This document shows positions 25,628-39,487 of a stretch of 64,000 nt of DNA, one piece after another. The stretch is taken from NCBI GenBank assembly GCA_964016885.1, contig OZ024759.1:2480001-2544000 (forward strand). Direction: 5' to 3'. The notes beneath the pieces were generated by a model. That model saw only the letters and a list, made by a program, of their open reading frames with translations, made no database searches and was not told where the DNA came from. The stretch is from Eledone cirrhosa. Lineage: Eukaryota. The first letter of the stretch is position 1. Each line of letters opens with the position of its first letter. The position numbers were made by a program, and so were the translations under genes.

Positions 25628-28600
25628 TAGTTGAGGTAACAAAGAGGTTAAAGTTCTGTTTCACCCATGTTTCTTCCTCCTCACTAGTTGAGGTAACAAA
25701 GAGGTTAAAGTTCTGTTTCACCCATGTTTCTCCCTCCTCACTCCTTGAGGTAACAAAGAGGTTAGAGTTCTGTTTCACCCATGTTGCTACCTCCTCACTA
25801 TTTGAGGTAACGAAAAGGTTAAAGTTCTGTTTCACCCATGTTTCTCTCTCCTCACTATTTGAGGTAACAAAGAGGTTAAAGTTCTGTTTCAGCCATGTTT
25901 CTCCCCCCTCACTAGTTTAGGTAACAAAGAGGTTATAGTTCTGTTTCACCCATGTTTCTCCCTCCTCACTAGTTGAGGTAACAAAGATGTTAAAGTTCTG
26001 TTTCACACATGTTTCTCCCTCCTTACTAGTTGAGGTAACAATGAGGTTAAAGTTCTGTTTCACCCATGTTTCTACCCCTTACTAATGAGGTAACAAAGAG
26101 CTTAAAGTTCTGTTTCACCCATGTTTCTACCTCCTCACTAGTTGAGGTAACAAAGAGGTTAAAGTTCTGTTTACCCCATGTTTCTCCCTCCTCACTATTT
26201 GATGTAACAAATAGGTTAAAGTTCTGTTTCCCCCATGTTTCTGCCTCCTCACTATTTGAGGTAACAAATAGGTTAGAGCTCTGTTTCACCCATGTTTCTC
26301 CCCCCTCACTAGTTGAGGTAACAAAGAGGTTAAAGTTCTGTTTCACCCATGTTTCTACCTCCTCACTAATTGAGGTAACAAAGAGGTTAAAGTTCTGTTT
26401 CACCCATGTTTCTACCTCCTAACTAGTTGAGGTAACAAAGAGGTTAAAGTTCTGTTTCACTCATGTTTCTACCTCCTCACTATTTGAGGTAACAAAGAGG
26501 TTAAAGTTCTGTTTCACCCATGTTTCTCCCTCCTCATTAGTTGAGGTAACAAAGAGGTTAAAATTCTGTTTCACCCATGTTTCTCCCTCCTCAGTAGATG
26601 AGGTAACAAAGAGGTTAAAGTTCTGTTTCACCCATGTTTCTCACTCCTCACTAGTTGAGGTAACAAAGAGGTTAAAGTTCTGTTTCACCCATGTTTCTAC
26701 CTCCTCACTAGTTGAGGTAACAAAGAGGTTAAAGTTCTGTTTACCCCATGTTTCTCACTCCTCACTATTGAGGTAACAAAGAGGTTAAAGTTCTGTTTCA
26801 CACATGTTTCTCCCTCCTTACTAGTTGAGGTAACAATGAGGTTAAAGTTCTGTTTCACCCATGTTTCTACCCCTTACTAGTTGAGGTAACAAAGAGGTTA
26901 AAGTTCTGTTTCACCCATGTTTCTACCTCCTCACTAGTTGAGGTAACAAAGAGGTTAAAGTTATGTTTCCCCCATGTTTCTCCCTCCTCACTAGTTGAGG
27001 TAACAAAGAGGTTGAAGTTCTGTTTCACCCATGTTTCTACCTTCCTCACTATTTGAGGTAACAAAGAGGTTAAAGTTCTGTTTCACCCATGTTTCTACCT
27101 CCTCACTAGTTGAGGTAACAAAGAGGTTAAAGTTCTGTTTCACCCAAGTTTCTCCCTCCTCACTAGTTGAGGTAACAAAGAGGTTAAAGTTCTGTTTCAC
27201 CCATGTTTCTCACCCCTCACTAGTTGAGGTAACAAAGAGGTTAAAGTTCTGTTTCACCCATGTTTCTACCTCCACACTAGTTGAGGTAACAAAGAGGTTA
27301 AAGTTCTGTTTCACACATGTTTCTCCCTCCTTACTAGTTGAGGTAACAATGAGGTTAAAGTTCTGTTTCACCCATGTTACTACCCCTTACTAGTTTAGGT
27401 AACAAAGAGATTAAAGTTCTGTTTCACCCCTGTTTCTACCTCCTCACTATTTGAGGTAACAAAGAGGTTAAAGTTCTGTTTCCCCCATGTTTCTCCCTCC
27501 TCACTATTTGAGGTAACAAATAGGTTAAAGTTCTGTTTCAGCCATGTTTCTCCCCCCTCACTAGTTTAGGTAACAAAGAGGTTAAAGTTCTGTTTCACCC
27601 ATGTTTCTCTCTCCTCACTAGTTGAGGTAACAAAGAGGTTAAAGTTCTGTTTCACCCATGTTTCTCCCTCCTCACTAGTTGAGGTAACAAAGAGGTTAAA
27701 GTTCTGTTTCACCCATGTTTCTCCCTCCTCACTAGTTGAGGTAACAAAGAGGTTAAAGTTCTGTTTCACCCATGTTTCTCCCTCCTCACTAGTTGAGGTA
27801 ACAAAGAGGTTGAAGTTCTGTTTCACCCATGTTTCTACCTTCCTCACTATTTGAGGTAACAAAGAGGTTAAAGTTCTGTTTCACCCATGTTTCTACCTCC
27901 TCACTAGTTGAGGTAACAAAGAGGTTAAAGTTCTGTTTCACCCATGTTTCTCCCTCCTCACTAGTTGAGGTAACAAAGAGGTTAAAGTTCTGTTTCACCC
28001 ATGTTTCTCCCTCCTCACTAGTTGAGGTAACAAAGAGGTCAAAGTTCTGTTTCACCCATGTTTCTCCTTCCTTAGCATTTGAGGTAACAAAGAGTTTAAA
28101 GTTCTGTTTCACCCATGTTCTCCCTCCTCACTAGTTGAGGTAACAAAGAGGTTAGAGTTCTGTTTCACCCATTTTGCTACCTCCTCACTATTTGAGGTAA
28201 CGAAAAGGTTAAAGTTCTGTTTCACCCATGTTTCTCTCTCCTCACTATTTGAGGTAACAAAGGGGTTAAAGTTCTGTTTCACCCATGCCCCCCCCCCTCA
28301 CTAGTTTATGTAACAAAGAGGTTAAAGTTCTGTTTCACCCATGTTTCTCCCTCCTCACTAGTTGAGGTAACAAAGAGGTTAAAGTTCTGTTTCACCCATG
28401 TTTCTACCCCTTACTAATGAGGTAACAAAGAGCTTAAAGTTCTGTTTCACCCATGTTTCTACCTCCTCACTAGTTGAGGTAACAAAGAGGTTAAAGTTCT
28501 GTTTACCCCATGTTTCTCCCTCCTCACTATTTGATGTAACAAATAGGTTAAAGTTCTGTTTCCCCCATGTTTCTGCCTCCTCACTATTTGAGGTAACAAA

Positions 28601-31600
28601 TAGGTTAGAGTTCTGTTTCACCCATGTTTCTCACCCCTCACTAGTTGAGGTAACAAAGAGGTTAAAGTTCTGTTTCAGCCATGTTTCTCCCTCCTCTTTA
28701 GTTGAGGTAACAAAGAGGTTAAAGTTCTGTTTCACACATGTTCTCCCTCCTTACTAGTTGAGGTAAAAATGAGGTTAAAGTTCTGTTTCACCCATGTTTC
28801 TACCCCTTACTAGTTGATGTAACAAATAGGTTAAAGTTCTGTTTCACCCATGTTCTACCTGCTCACTAGTTGAGATAACAAAGAGGTTAAAGTTCTGTTT
28901 CATTCATGTTTCTCCCTCCTCACTATTGAGGTAACAAAGAGGTTAAAGTTCTGTTTCACACATGTTCTCCCTCCTTACTAGTTGAGGTAAATATGAGGTT
29001 AAAGTTCTGTTTCACCCATGTTTCTACCCCTTACTAGTTGATGTAACAAAGAGGTTAAAGTTCTGTTTCACCCATGTTTCTACCTCCTTACTAGTTGAGG
29101 TAACAAAGAGGTTAAAGTTCTGTTTCCCCCATGTTTCTCCCTCCTCACTATTTGAGGTAACAAATAGGTTAAAGTTCTGTTTCAGCCATGTTTCTCCCCC
29201 CTCACTAGTTTAGGTAACAAAGAGGTTAAAGTTCTGTTTCACCCATGTTTCTCCCTCCTCACTAGTTGAGGTAACAAAGAGGTTAATGTTCTGTTTCACC
29301 CATGTTTCTACCTCCTCAGTAGTTGAGGTAACAAAGAGGTTAAAGTTCTGTTTCACCCATGTTTCTCCCTCCTCACTAGTTGAGGTAACAAAGAGGTTAA
29401 AGTTCTGTTTCACCCATGTTTCTCCCTCCTCACTCCTTGAGGTAACAAAGAGGTTAGAGTTCTGTTTCACCCATGTTGCTACCTCCTCACTATTTGAGGT
29501 AACGAAAAGGTTAAAGTTCTGTTTCACCCATGTTTCTACATCCTCACTAGTTGAGGTAACAAAGAGGTTAAAGTTCTGTTTACCCCATGTTTCTCCCTCC
29601 TCATTATTTGATGTAACAAATAGGTTAAAGTTCTGTTTCCCCCATGTTTCTGCCTCCTCACTATTTGAGGTAACAAATAGGTTAGAGCTCTGTTTCACCC
29701 ATGTTTCTCCCCCCTCACTAGTTGAGGTAACAAAGAGGTTAAAGTTCTGTTTCACCCATGTTTCTACCTCCTCACTAATTGAGGTAACAAAGAGGTTAAA
29801 GTTCTGTTTCCCCCATGTTTCTCCCTCCTCATTAGTTGAGGTAACAAAGAGGTTAAAGTTCTGTTTCACACATGTTCTCCCTCCTTACTAGTTGAGGCAA
29901 AAATGAGGTTAAAGTTCTGTTTCACCCATGTTTCTACCCCTTACTAGTTGATGTAACAAAGAGGTTAAAGTTCTGTTTCACCCATGTTTCTCCCTCCTCA
30001 CTCCTTGAGGTAACAAAGAGGTTAGAGTTCTGTTTCACCCATGTTGCTACCTCCTCACTATTTGAGGTAACGAAAAGGTTAAAGTTCTGTTTTACCCATG
30101 TTTCTCTCTCCTCACTATTTGAGGTAACAAAGAGGTTAAAGTTCTGTTTCAGCCATGTTTCTCCCCCCTCACTAGTTTAGGTAACAAAGAGGTTAAAGTT
30201 CTGTTTCACCCATGTTTCTCCCTCCTCACTAGTTGAGGTAACAAAGAGGTTAAAGTTCTGTTTCACACATGTTTCTCCCTCCTTACTAGTTGAGGTAACA
30301 ATGAGGTTAAAGTTCTGTTTCACCCATGTTTCTACCCCTTACTAATGAGGTAACAAAGAGCTTAAAGTTCTGTTTCACCCATGTTTCTACCTCCTCACTA
30401 GTTGAGGTAACAAAGAGGTTAAAGTTCTGTTTACCCCATGTTTCTCCCTCCTCATTATTTGATGTAACAAATAGGTTAAAGTTCTGTTTCCCCCATGTTT
30501 CTGCCTCCTCACTATTTGAGGTAACAAATAGGTTAGAGCTCTGTTTCACCCATGTTTCTCCCCCCTCACTAGTTGAGGTAACAAAGAGGTTAAAGTTCTG
30601 TTTCACCCATGTTTCTACCTCCTCACTAATTGAGGTAACAAAGAGGTTAAAGTTCTGTTTCACCCATGTTTCTCCCTCCTCATTAGTTGAGGTAACAAAG
30701 AGGTGAAAGTTCTGTTTCACACATGTTCTCCCTCCTTACTAGTTGAGGCAAAAATGAGGTTAAAGTTCTGTTTCACCCATGTTTCTACCCCTTACTAGTT
30801 GATGTAACAAAGAGGTTAAAGTTCTGTTTCACCCATGTTTCTACCTCCTAACTAGTTGAGGTAACAAAGAGGTTAAAGTTCTGTTTCCCCCATGTTTCTC
30901 CCTCCTCACTATTTGAGGTAACAAATAGGTTAAAGTTCTGTTTCAGCCATGTTTCTCCCCCCTCACTAGTTTGGGTAACAAAGAGGTTAAAGTTCTGTTT
31001 CACCCATGTTTCTCCCTCCTCACTAGTTGATGTAACAAAGAGGTTAAAGTTCTGTTTCACCCATGTTTCTACCTCCTTACTAGTTGAGGTAACAAAGAGG
31101 TTAAAGTTCTGTTTCACCCATGTTTCTTCCTCCTCACTAGTTGAGGTAACAAAGAGGTTAAAGTTCTGTTTCACCCATGTTTCTCCCTCCTCACTCCTTG
31201 AGGTAACAAAGAGGTTAGAGTTCTGTTTCACCCATGTTGCTACCTCCTCACTATTTGAGGTAACGAAAAGGTTAAAGTTCTGTTTCACCCATGTTTCTCT
31301 CTCCTCACTATTTGAGGTAACAAAGAGGTTAAAGTTCTGTTTCAGCCATGTTTCTCCCCCCTCACTAGTTTAGGTAACAAAGAGGTTATAGTTCTGTTTC
31401 ACCCATGTTTCTCCCTCCTCACTAGTTGAGGTAACAAAGATGTTAAAGTTCTGTTTCACACATGTTTCTCCCTCCTTACTAGTTGAGGTAACAATGAGGT
31501 TAAAGTTCTGTTTCACCCATGTTTCTACCCCTTACTAATGAGGTAACAAAGAGCTTAAAGTTCTGTTTCACCCATGTTTCTACCTCCTCACTAGTTGAGG

Positions 31601-34600
31601 TAACAAAGAGGTTAAAGTTCTGTTTACCCCATGTTTCTCCCTCCTCACTATTTGATGTAACAAATAGGTTAAAGTTCTGTTTCCCCCATGTTTCTGCCTC
31701 CTCACTATTTGAGGTAACAAATAGGTTAGAGCTCTGTTTCACCCATGTTTCTCCCCCCTCACTAGTTGAGGTAACAAAGAGGTTAAAGTTCTGTTTCACC
31801 CATGTTTCTACCTGCTCACTAATTGAGGTAACAAAGAGGTTAAAGTTCTGTTTCACCCATGTTTCTACCTCCTAACTAGTTGAGGTAACAAAGAGGTTAA
31901 AGTTCTGTTTCACCCATGTTTCTACCTCCTCACTATTTGAGGTAACAAAGAGGTTAAAGTTCTGTTTCACCCATGTTTCTCCCTCCTCATTAGTTGAGGT
32001 AACAAAGAGGTTAAAATTCTGTTTCACCCATGTTTCTCCCTCCTCAGTAGATGAGGTAACAAAGAGGTTAAAGTTCTGTTTCACCCATGTTTCTCACTCC
32101 TCACTAGTTGAGGTAACAAAGAGGTTAAAGTTCTGTTTCACCCATGTTTCTACCTCCTCACTAGTTGAGGTAACAAAGAGGTTAAAGTTCTGTTTACCCC
32201 ATGTTTCTCACTCCTCACTATTGAGGTAACAAAGAGGTTAAAGTTCTGTTTCACACATGTTTCTCCCTCCTTACTAGTTGAGGTAACAATGAGGTTAAAG
32301 TTCTGTTTCACCCATGTTTCTACCCCTTACTAGTTGAGGTAACAAAGAGGTTAAAGTTCTGTTTCACCCATGTTTCTACCTCCTCACTAGTTGAGGTAAC
32401 AAAGAGGTTAAAGTTATGTTTCCCCCATGTTTCTCCCTCCTCACTAGTTGAGGTAACAAAGAGGTTGAAGTTCTGTTTCACCCATGTTTCTACCTTCCTC
32501 ACTATTTGAGGTAACAAAGAGGTTAAAGTTCTGTTTCACCCATGTTTCTACCTCCTCACTAGTTGAGGTAACAAAGAGGTTAAAGTTCTGTTTCACCCAA
32601 GTTTCTCCCTCCTCACTAGTTGAGGTAACAAAGAGGTTAAAGTTCTGTTTCACCCATGTTTCTCACCCCTCACTAGTTGAGGTAACAAAGAGGTTAAAGT
32701 TCTGTTTCACCCATGTTTCTACCTCCACACTAGTTGAGGTAACAAAGAGGTTAAAGTTCTGTTTCACACATGTTTCTCCCTCCTTACTAGTTGAGGTAAC
32801 AATGAGGTTAAAGTTCTGTTTCACCCATGTTACTACCCCTTACTAGTTTAGGTAACAAAGAGATTAAAGTTCTGTTTCACCCCTGTTTCTACCTCCTCAC
32901 TATTTGAGGTAACAAAGAGGTTAAAGTTCTGTTTCCCCCATGTTTCTCCCTCCTCACTATTTGAGGTAACAAATAGGTTAAAGTTCTGTTTCAGCCATGT
33001 TTCTCCCCCCTCACTAGTTTAGGTAACAAAGAGGTTAAAGTTCTGTTTCACCCATGTTTCTCTCTCCTCACTAGTTGAGGTAACAAAGAGGTTAAAGTTC
33101 TGTTTCACCCATGTTTCTCCCTCCTCACTAGTTGAGGTAACAAAGAGGTTAAAGTTCTGTTTCACCCATGTTTCTCCCTCCTCACTAGTTGAGGTAACAA
33201 AGAGGTTAAAGTTCTGTTTCACCCATGTTTCTCCCTCCTCACTAGTTGAGGTAACAAAGAGGTTGAAGTTCTGTTTCACCCATGTTTCTACCTTCCTCAC
33301 TATTTGAGGTAACAAAGAGGTTAAAGTTCTGTTTCACCCATGTTTCTACCTCCTCACTAGTTGAGGTAACAAAGAGGTTAAAGTTCTGTTTCACCCATGT
33401 TTCTCCCTCCTCACTAGTTGAGGTAACAAAGAGGTTAAAGTTCTGTTTCACCCATGTTTCTCCCTCCTCACTAGTTGAGGTAACAAAGAGGTCAAAGTTC
33501 TGTTTCACCCATGTTTCTCCTTCCTTACCATTTGAGGTAACAAAGAGTTTAAAGTTCTGTTTCACCCATGTTCTCCCTCCTCACTAGTTGAGGTAACAAA
33601 GAGGTTAGAGTTCTGTTTCACCCATTTTGCTACCTCCTCACTATTTGAGGTAACGAAAAGGTTAAAGTTCTGTTTCACCCATGTTTCTCTCTCCTCACTA
33701 TTTGAGGTAACAAAGGGGTTAAAGTTCTGTTTCACCCATGCCCCCCCCCCCCTCACTAGTTTATGTAACAAAGAGGTTAAAGTTCTGTTTCACCCATGTT
33801 TCTCCCTCCTCACTAGTTGAGGTAACAAAGAGGTTAAAGTTCTGTTTCACACATGTTTCTCCCTCCTTACTAGTTGAGGTAACAATGAGGTTAAAGTTCT
33901 GTTTCACCCATGTTTCTACCCCTTACTAATGAGGTAACAAAGAGCTTAAAGTTCTGTTTCACCCATGTTTCTACCTCCTCACTAGTTGAGGTAACAAAGA
34001 GGTTAAAGTTCTGTTTACCCCATGTTTCTCCCTCCTCACTATTTGATGTAACAAATAGGTTAAAGTTCTGTTTCCCCCATGTTTCTGCCTCCTCACTATT
34101 TGAGGTAACAAATAGGTTAGAGTTCTGTTTCACCCATGTTTCTCACCCCTCACTAGTTGAGGTAACAAAGAGGTTAAAGTTCTGTTTCAGCCATGTTTCT
34201 CCCTCCTCTTTAGTTGAGGTAACAAAGAGGTTAAAGTTCTGTTTCACACATGTTCTCCCTCCTTACTAGTTGAGGTAAAAATGAGGTTAAAGTTCTGTTT
34301 CACCCATGTTTCTACCCCTTACTAGTTGATGTAACAAATAGGTTAAAGTTCTGTTTCACCCATGTTCTACCTGCTCACTAGTTGAGATAACAAAGAGGTT
34401 AAAGTTCTGTTTCATTCATGTTTCTCCCTCCTCACTATTGAGGTAACAAAGAGGTTAAAGTTCTGTTTCACACATGTTCTCCCTCCTTACTAGTTGAGGT
34501 AAATATGAGGTTAAAGTTCTGTTTCACCCATGTTTCTACCCCTTACTAGTTGATGTAACAAAGAGGTTAAAGTTCTGTTTCACCCATGTTTCTACCTCCT

Positions 34601-36875
34601 TACTAGTTGAGGTAACAAAGAGGTTAAAGTTCTGTTTCCCCCATGTTTCTCCCTCCTCACTATTTGAGGTAACAAATAGGTTAAAGTTCTGTTTCAGCCA
34701 TGTTTCTCCCCCCTCACTAGTTTAGGTAACAAAGAGGTTAAAGTTCTGTTTCACCCATGTTTCTCCCTCCTCACTAGTTGAGGTAACAAAGAGGTTAATG
34801 TTCTGTTTCACCCATGTTTCTACCTCCTCAGTAGTTGAGGTAACAAAGAGGTTAAAGTTCTGTTTCACCCATGTTTCTCCCTCCTCACTAGTTGAGGTAA
34901 CAAAGAGGTTAAAGTTCTGTTTCACCCATGTTTCTCCCTCCTCACTCCTTGAGGTAACAAAGAGGTTAGAGTTCTGTTTCACCCATGTTGCTACCTCCTC
35001 ACTATTTGAGGTAACGAAAAGGTTAAAGTTCTGTTTCACCCATGTTTCTCTCTCCTCACTATTTGAGGTAACAAAGAGGTTAAAGTTCTGTTTCAGCCAT
35101 GTTTCTCCCCCCTCACTAGTTTAGGTAACAAAGAGGTTAAAGTTCTGTTTCACCCATGTTTCTCCCTCCTCACTAGTTGAGGTAACAAAGAGGTTAAAGT
35201 TCTGTTTCACACATGTTTCTCCCTCCTTACTAGTTGAGGTAACAATGAGGTTAAAGTTCTGTTTCACCCATGTTTCTACCCCTTACTAATGAGGTAACAA
35301 AGAGCTTAAAGTTCTGTTTCACCCATGTTTCTACCTCCTCACTAGTTGAGGTAACAAAGAGGTTAAAGTTCTGTTTACCCCATGTTTCTCCCTCCTCATT
35401 ATTTGATGTAACAAATAGGTTAAAGTTCTGTTTCCCCCATGTTTCTGCCTCCTCACTATTTGAGGTAACAAATAGGTTAGAGCTCTGTTTCACCCATGTT
35501 TCTCCCCCCTCACTAGTTGAGGTAACAAAGAGGTTAAAGTTCTGTTTCACCCATGTTTCTACCTCCTCACTAATTGAGGTAACAAAGAGGTTAAAGTTCT
35601 GTTTCACCCATGTTTCTCCCTCCTCATTAGTTGAGGTAACAAAGAGGTTAAAGTTCTGTTTCACACATGTTCTCCCTCCTTACTAGTTGAGGCAAAAATG
35701 AGGTTAAAGTTCTGTTTCACCCATGTTTCTACCCCTTACTAGTTGATGTAACAAAGAGGTTAAAGTTCTGTTTCACCCATGTTTCTCCCTCCTCACTCCT
35801 TGAGGTAACAAAGAGGTTAGAGTTCTGTTTCACCCATGTTGCTACCTCCTCACTATTTGAGGTAACGAAAAGGTTAAAGTTCTGTTTTACCCATGTTTCT
35901 CTCTCCTCACTATTTGAGGTAACAAAGAGGTTAAAGTTCTGTTTCAGCCATGTTTCTCCCCCCTCACTAGTTTAGGTAACAAAGAGGTTAAAGTTCTGTT
36001 TCACCCATGTTTCTCCCTCCTCACTAGTTGAGGTAACAAAGAGGTTAAAGTTCTGTTTCACACATGTTTCTCCCTCCTTACTAGTTGAGGTAACAATGAG
36101 GTTAAAGTTCTGTTTCACCCATGTTTCTACCCCTTACTAATGAGGTAACAAAGAGCTTAAAGTTCTGTTTCACCCATGTTTCTACCTCCTCACTAGTTGA
36201 GGTAACAAAGAGGTTAAAGTTCTGTTTACCCCATGTTTCTCCCTCCTCATTATTTGATGTAACAAATAGGTTAAAGTTCTGTTTCCCCCATGTTTCTGCC
36301 TCCTCACTATTTGAGGTAACAAATAGGTTAGAGCTCTGTTTCACCCATGTTTCTCCCCCCTCACTAGTTGAGGTAACAAAGAGGTTAAAGTTCTGTTTCA
36401 CCCATGTTTCTACCTCCTCACTAATTGAGGTAACAAAGAGGTTAAAGTTCTGTTTCACCCATGTTTCTCCCTCCTCATTAGTTGAGGTAACAAAGAGGTT
36501 AAAGTTCTGTTTCACACATGTTCTCCCTCCTTACTAGTTGAGGCAAAAATGAGGTTAAAGTTCTGTTTCACCCATGTTTCTACCCCTTACTAGTTGATGT
36601 AACAAAGAGGTTAAAGTTCTGTTTCACCCATGTTTCTACCTCCTAACTAGTTGAGGTAACAAAGAGGTTAAAGTTCTGTTTCCCCCATGTTTCTCCCTCC
36701 TCACTATTTGAGGTAACAAATAGGTTAAAGTTCTGTTTCAGCCATGTTTCTCCCCCCTCACTAGTTTGGGTAACAAAGAGGTTAAAGTTCTGTTTCACCC
36801 ATGTTTCTCCCTCCTCACTAGTTGATGTAACAAAGAGGTTAAAGTTCTGTTTCACCCATGTTTCTACCTCCTTAC
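25628..36875. repeat. Tandem duplication with unequal units: ~25628-31080 (5453 bp) and ~31081-36875 (5795 bp)
   Basis: Offsets step 5453 (26047/31500, 26991/32444, 27789/33242), then 5512 (28379/33891, 29210/34722), then 5795 (30307/36102). Shared markers TTTCTTCCTCC (~25670/~31123), AAAGATGTTAAA (~25983/~31436), CATG-polyC...TTTATGT (~28284/~33737), GAGATAAC (~28872/~34384). Confidence 0.88.
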
Positions 36876-39487
36876 TAGTTGAGGTAACAAAGAGGTTAAA
36901 GTTCTGTTTCCCCCATGTTTCTCCCTCCTCACTATTTGAGGTAACAAATAGGTTAAAGTTCTGTTTCAGCCATGTTTCTCCCCCCTCACTAGTTTAGGTA
37001 ACAAAGAGGTTAAAGTTCTGTTTCACCCATGTTTCTCCCTCCTCACTAGTTGAGGTAACAAAGAGGTTGAAGTTCTGTTTCACCCATGTTTCTACCTTCC
37101 TCACTATTTGAGGTAACAAAGAGGTTAAAGTTCTGTTTCACCCATGTTTCTACCTCCTCAGTAGTTGAGGTAACAAAGAGGTTAAAGTTCTGTTTCACCC
37201 ATGTTTCTCCCTCCTCACTAGTTGAGGTAACAAAGAGGTTAAAGTTCTGTTTCACCCATGTTTCTCCCTCCTCACTCCTTGAGGTAACAAAGAGGTTAGA
37301 GTTCTGTTTCACCCATGTTGCTACCTCCTCACTATTTGAGGTAACGAAAAGGTTAAAGTTCTGTTTCACCCATGTTTCTCTCTCCTCACTATTTGAGGTA
37401 ACAAAGAGGTTAAAGTTCTGTTTCAGCCATGTTTCTCCCCCCTCACTAGTTTAGGTAACAAAGAGGTTAAAGTTCTGTTTCACCCATGTTTCTCCCTCCT
37501 CACTAGTTGAGGTAACAAAGAGGTTAAAGTTCTGTTTCACACATGTTTCTCCCTCCTTACTAGTTGAGGTAACAATGAGGTTAAAGTTCTGTTTCACCCA
37601 TGTTTCTACCCCTTACTAATGAGGTAACAAAGAGCTTAAAGTTCTGTTTCACCCATGTTTCTACCTCCTCACTAGTTGAGGTAACAAAGAGGTTAAAGTT
37701 CTGTTTACCCCATGTTTCTCCCTCCTCATTATTTGATGTAACAAATAGGTTAAAGTTCTGTTTCCCCCATGTTTCTGCCTCCTCACTATTTGAGGTAACA
37801 AATAGGTTAGAGCTCTGTTTCACCCATGTTTCTCCCCCCTCACTAGTTGAGGTAACAAAGAGGTTAAAGTTCTGTTTCACCCATGTTTCTACCTCCTCAC
37901 TAATTGAGGTAACAAAGAGGTTAAAGTTCTGTTTCACCCATGTTTCTCCCTCCTCATTAGTTGAGGTAACAAAGAGGTTAAAGTTCTGTTTCACACATGT
38001 TCTCCCTCCTTACTAGTTGAGGCAAAAATGAGGTTAAAGTTCTGTTTCACCCATGTTTCTACCCCTTACTAGTTGATGTAACAAAGAGGTTAAAGTTCTG
38101 TTTCACCCATGTTTCTCCCTCCTCACTCCTTGAGGTAACAAAGAGGTTAGAGTTCTGTTTCACCCATGTTGCTACCTCCTCACTATTTGAGGTAACGAAA
38201 AGGTTAAAGTTCTGTTTTACCCATGTTTCTCTCTCCTCACTATTTGAGGTAACAAAGAGGTTAAAGTTCTGTTTCAGCCATGTTTCTCCCCCCTCACTAG
38301 TTTAGGTAACAAAGAGGTTAAAGTTCTGTTTCACCCATGTTTCTCCCTCCTCACTAGTTGAGGTAACAAAGAGGTTAAAGTTCTGTTTCACACATGTTTC
38401 TCCCTCCTTACTAGTTGAGGTAACAATGAGGTTAAAGTTCTGTTTCACCCATGTTTCTACCCCTTACTAATGAGGTAACAAAGAGCTTAAAGTTCTGTTT
38501 CACCCATGTTTCTACCTCCTCACTAGTTGAGGTAACAAAGAGGTTAAAGTTCTGTTTACCCCATGTTTCTCCCTCCTCATTATTTGATGTAACAAATAGG
38601 TTAAAGTTCTGTTTCCCCCATGTTTCTGCCTCCTCACTATTTGAGGTAACAAATAGGTTAGAGCTCTGTTTCACCCATGTTTCTCCCCCCTCACTAGTTG
38701 AGGTAACAAAGAGGTTAAAGTTCTGTTTCACCCATGTTTCTACCTCCTCACTAATTGAGGTAACAAAGAGGTTAAAGTTCTGTTTCACCCATGTTTCTCC
38801 CTCCTCATTAGTTGAGGTAACAAAGAGGTTAAAGTTCTGTTTCACACATGTTCTCCCTCCTTACTAGTTGAGGCAAAAATGAGGTTAAAGTTCTGTTTCA
38901 CCCATGTTTCTACCCCTTACTAGTTGATGTAACAAAGAGGTTAAAGTTCTGTTTCACCCATGTTTCTACCTCCTAACTAGTTGAGGTAACAAAGAGGTTA
39001 AAGTTCTGTTTCCCCCATGTTTCTCCCTCCTCACTATTTGAGGTAACAAATAGGTTAAAGTTCTGTTTCAGCCATGTTTCTCCCCCCTCACTAGTTTGGG
39101 TAACAAAGAGGTTAAAGTTCTGTTTCACCCATGTTTCTCCCTCCTCACTAGTTGATGTAACAAAGAGGTTAAAGTTCTGTTTCACCCATGTTTCTACCTC
39201 CTTACTAGTTGAGGTAACAAAGAGGTTAAAGTTCTGTTTCCCCCATGTTTCTCCCTCCTCACTATTTGAGGTAACAAATAGGTTAAAGTTCTGTTTCAGC
39301 CATGTTTCTCCCCCCTCACTAGTTTAGGTAACAAAGAGGTTAAAGTTCTGTTTCACCCATGTTTCTCCCTCCTCACTAGTTGAGGTAACAAAGAGGTTGA
39401 AGTTCTGTTTCACCCATGTTTCTACCTTCCTCACTATTTGAGGTAACAAAGAGGTTAAAGTTCTGTTTCACCCATGTTTCTACCTCC
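34800..39487. repeat. Direct tandem duplication of a 2330-bp unit (~41 monomers) containing an internal 851-bp (~15-mer) repeat
   Basis: ORF pairs 35251/37581, 36102/38432, 36643/38973, 37086/39416 (+2330); 35251/36102 and 37581/38432 (+851). Markers CTCATTATTTGATG, GAGGCAAAAATG, TGTTTTACCC. Confidence 0.92.
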
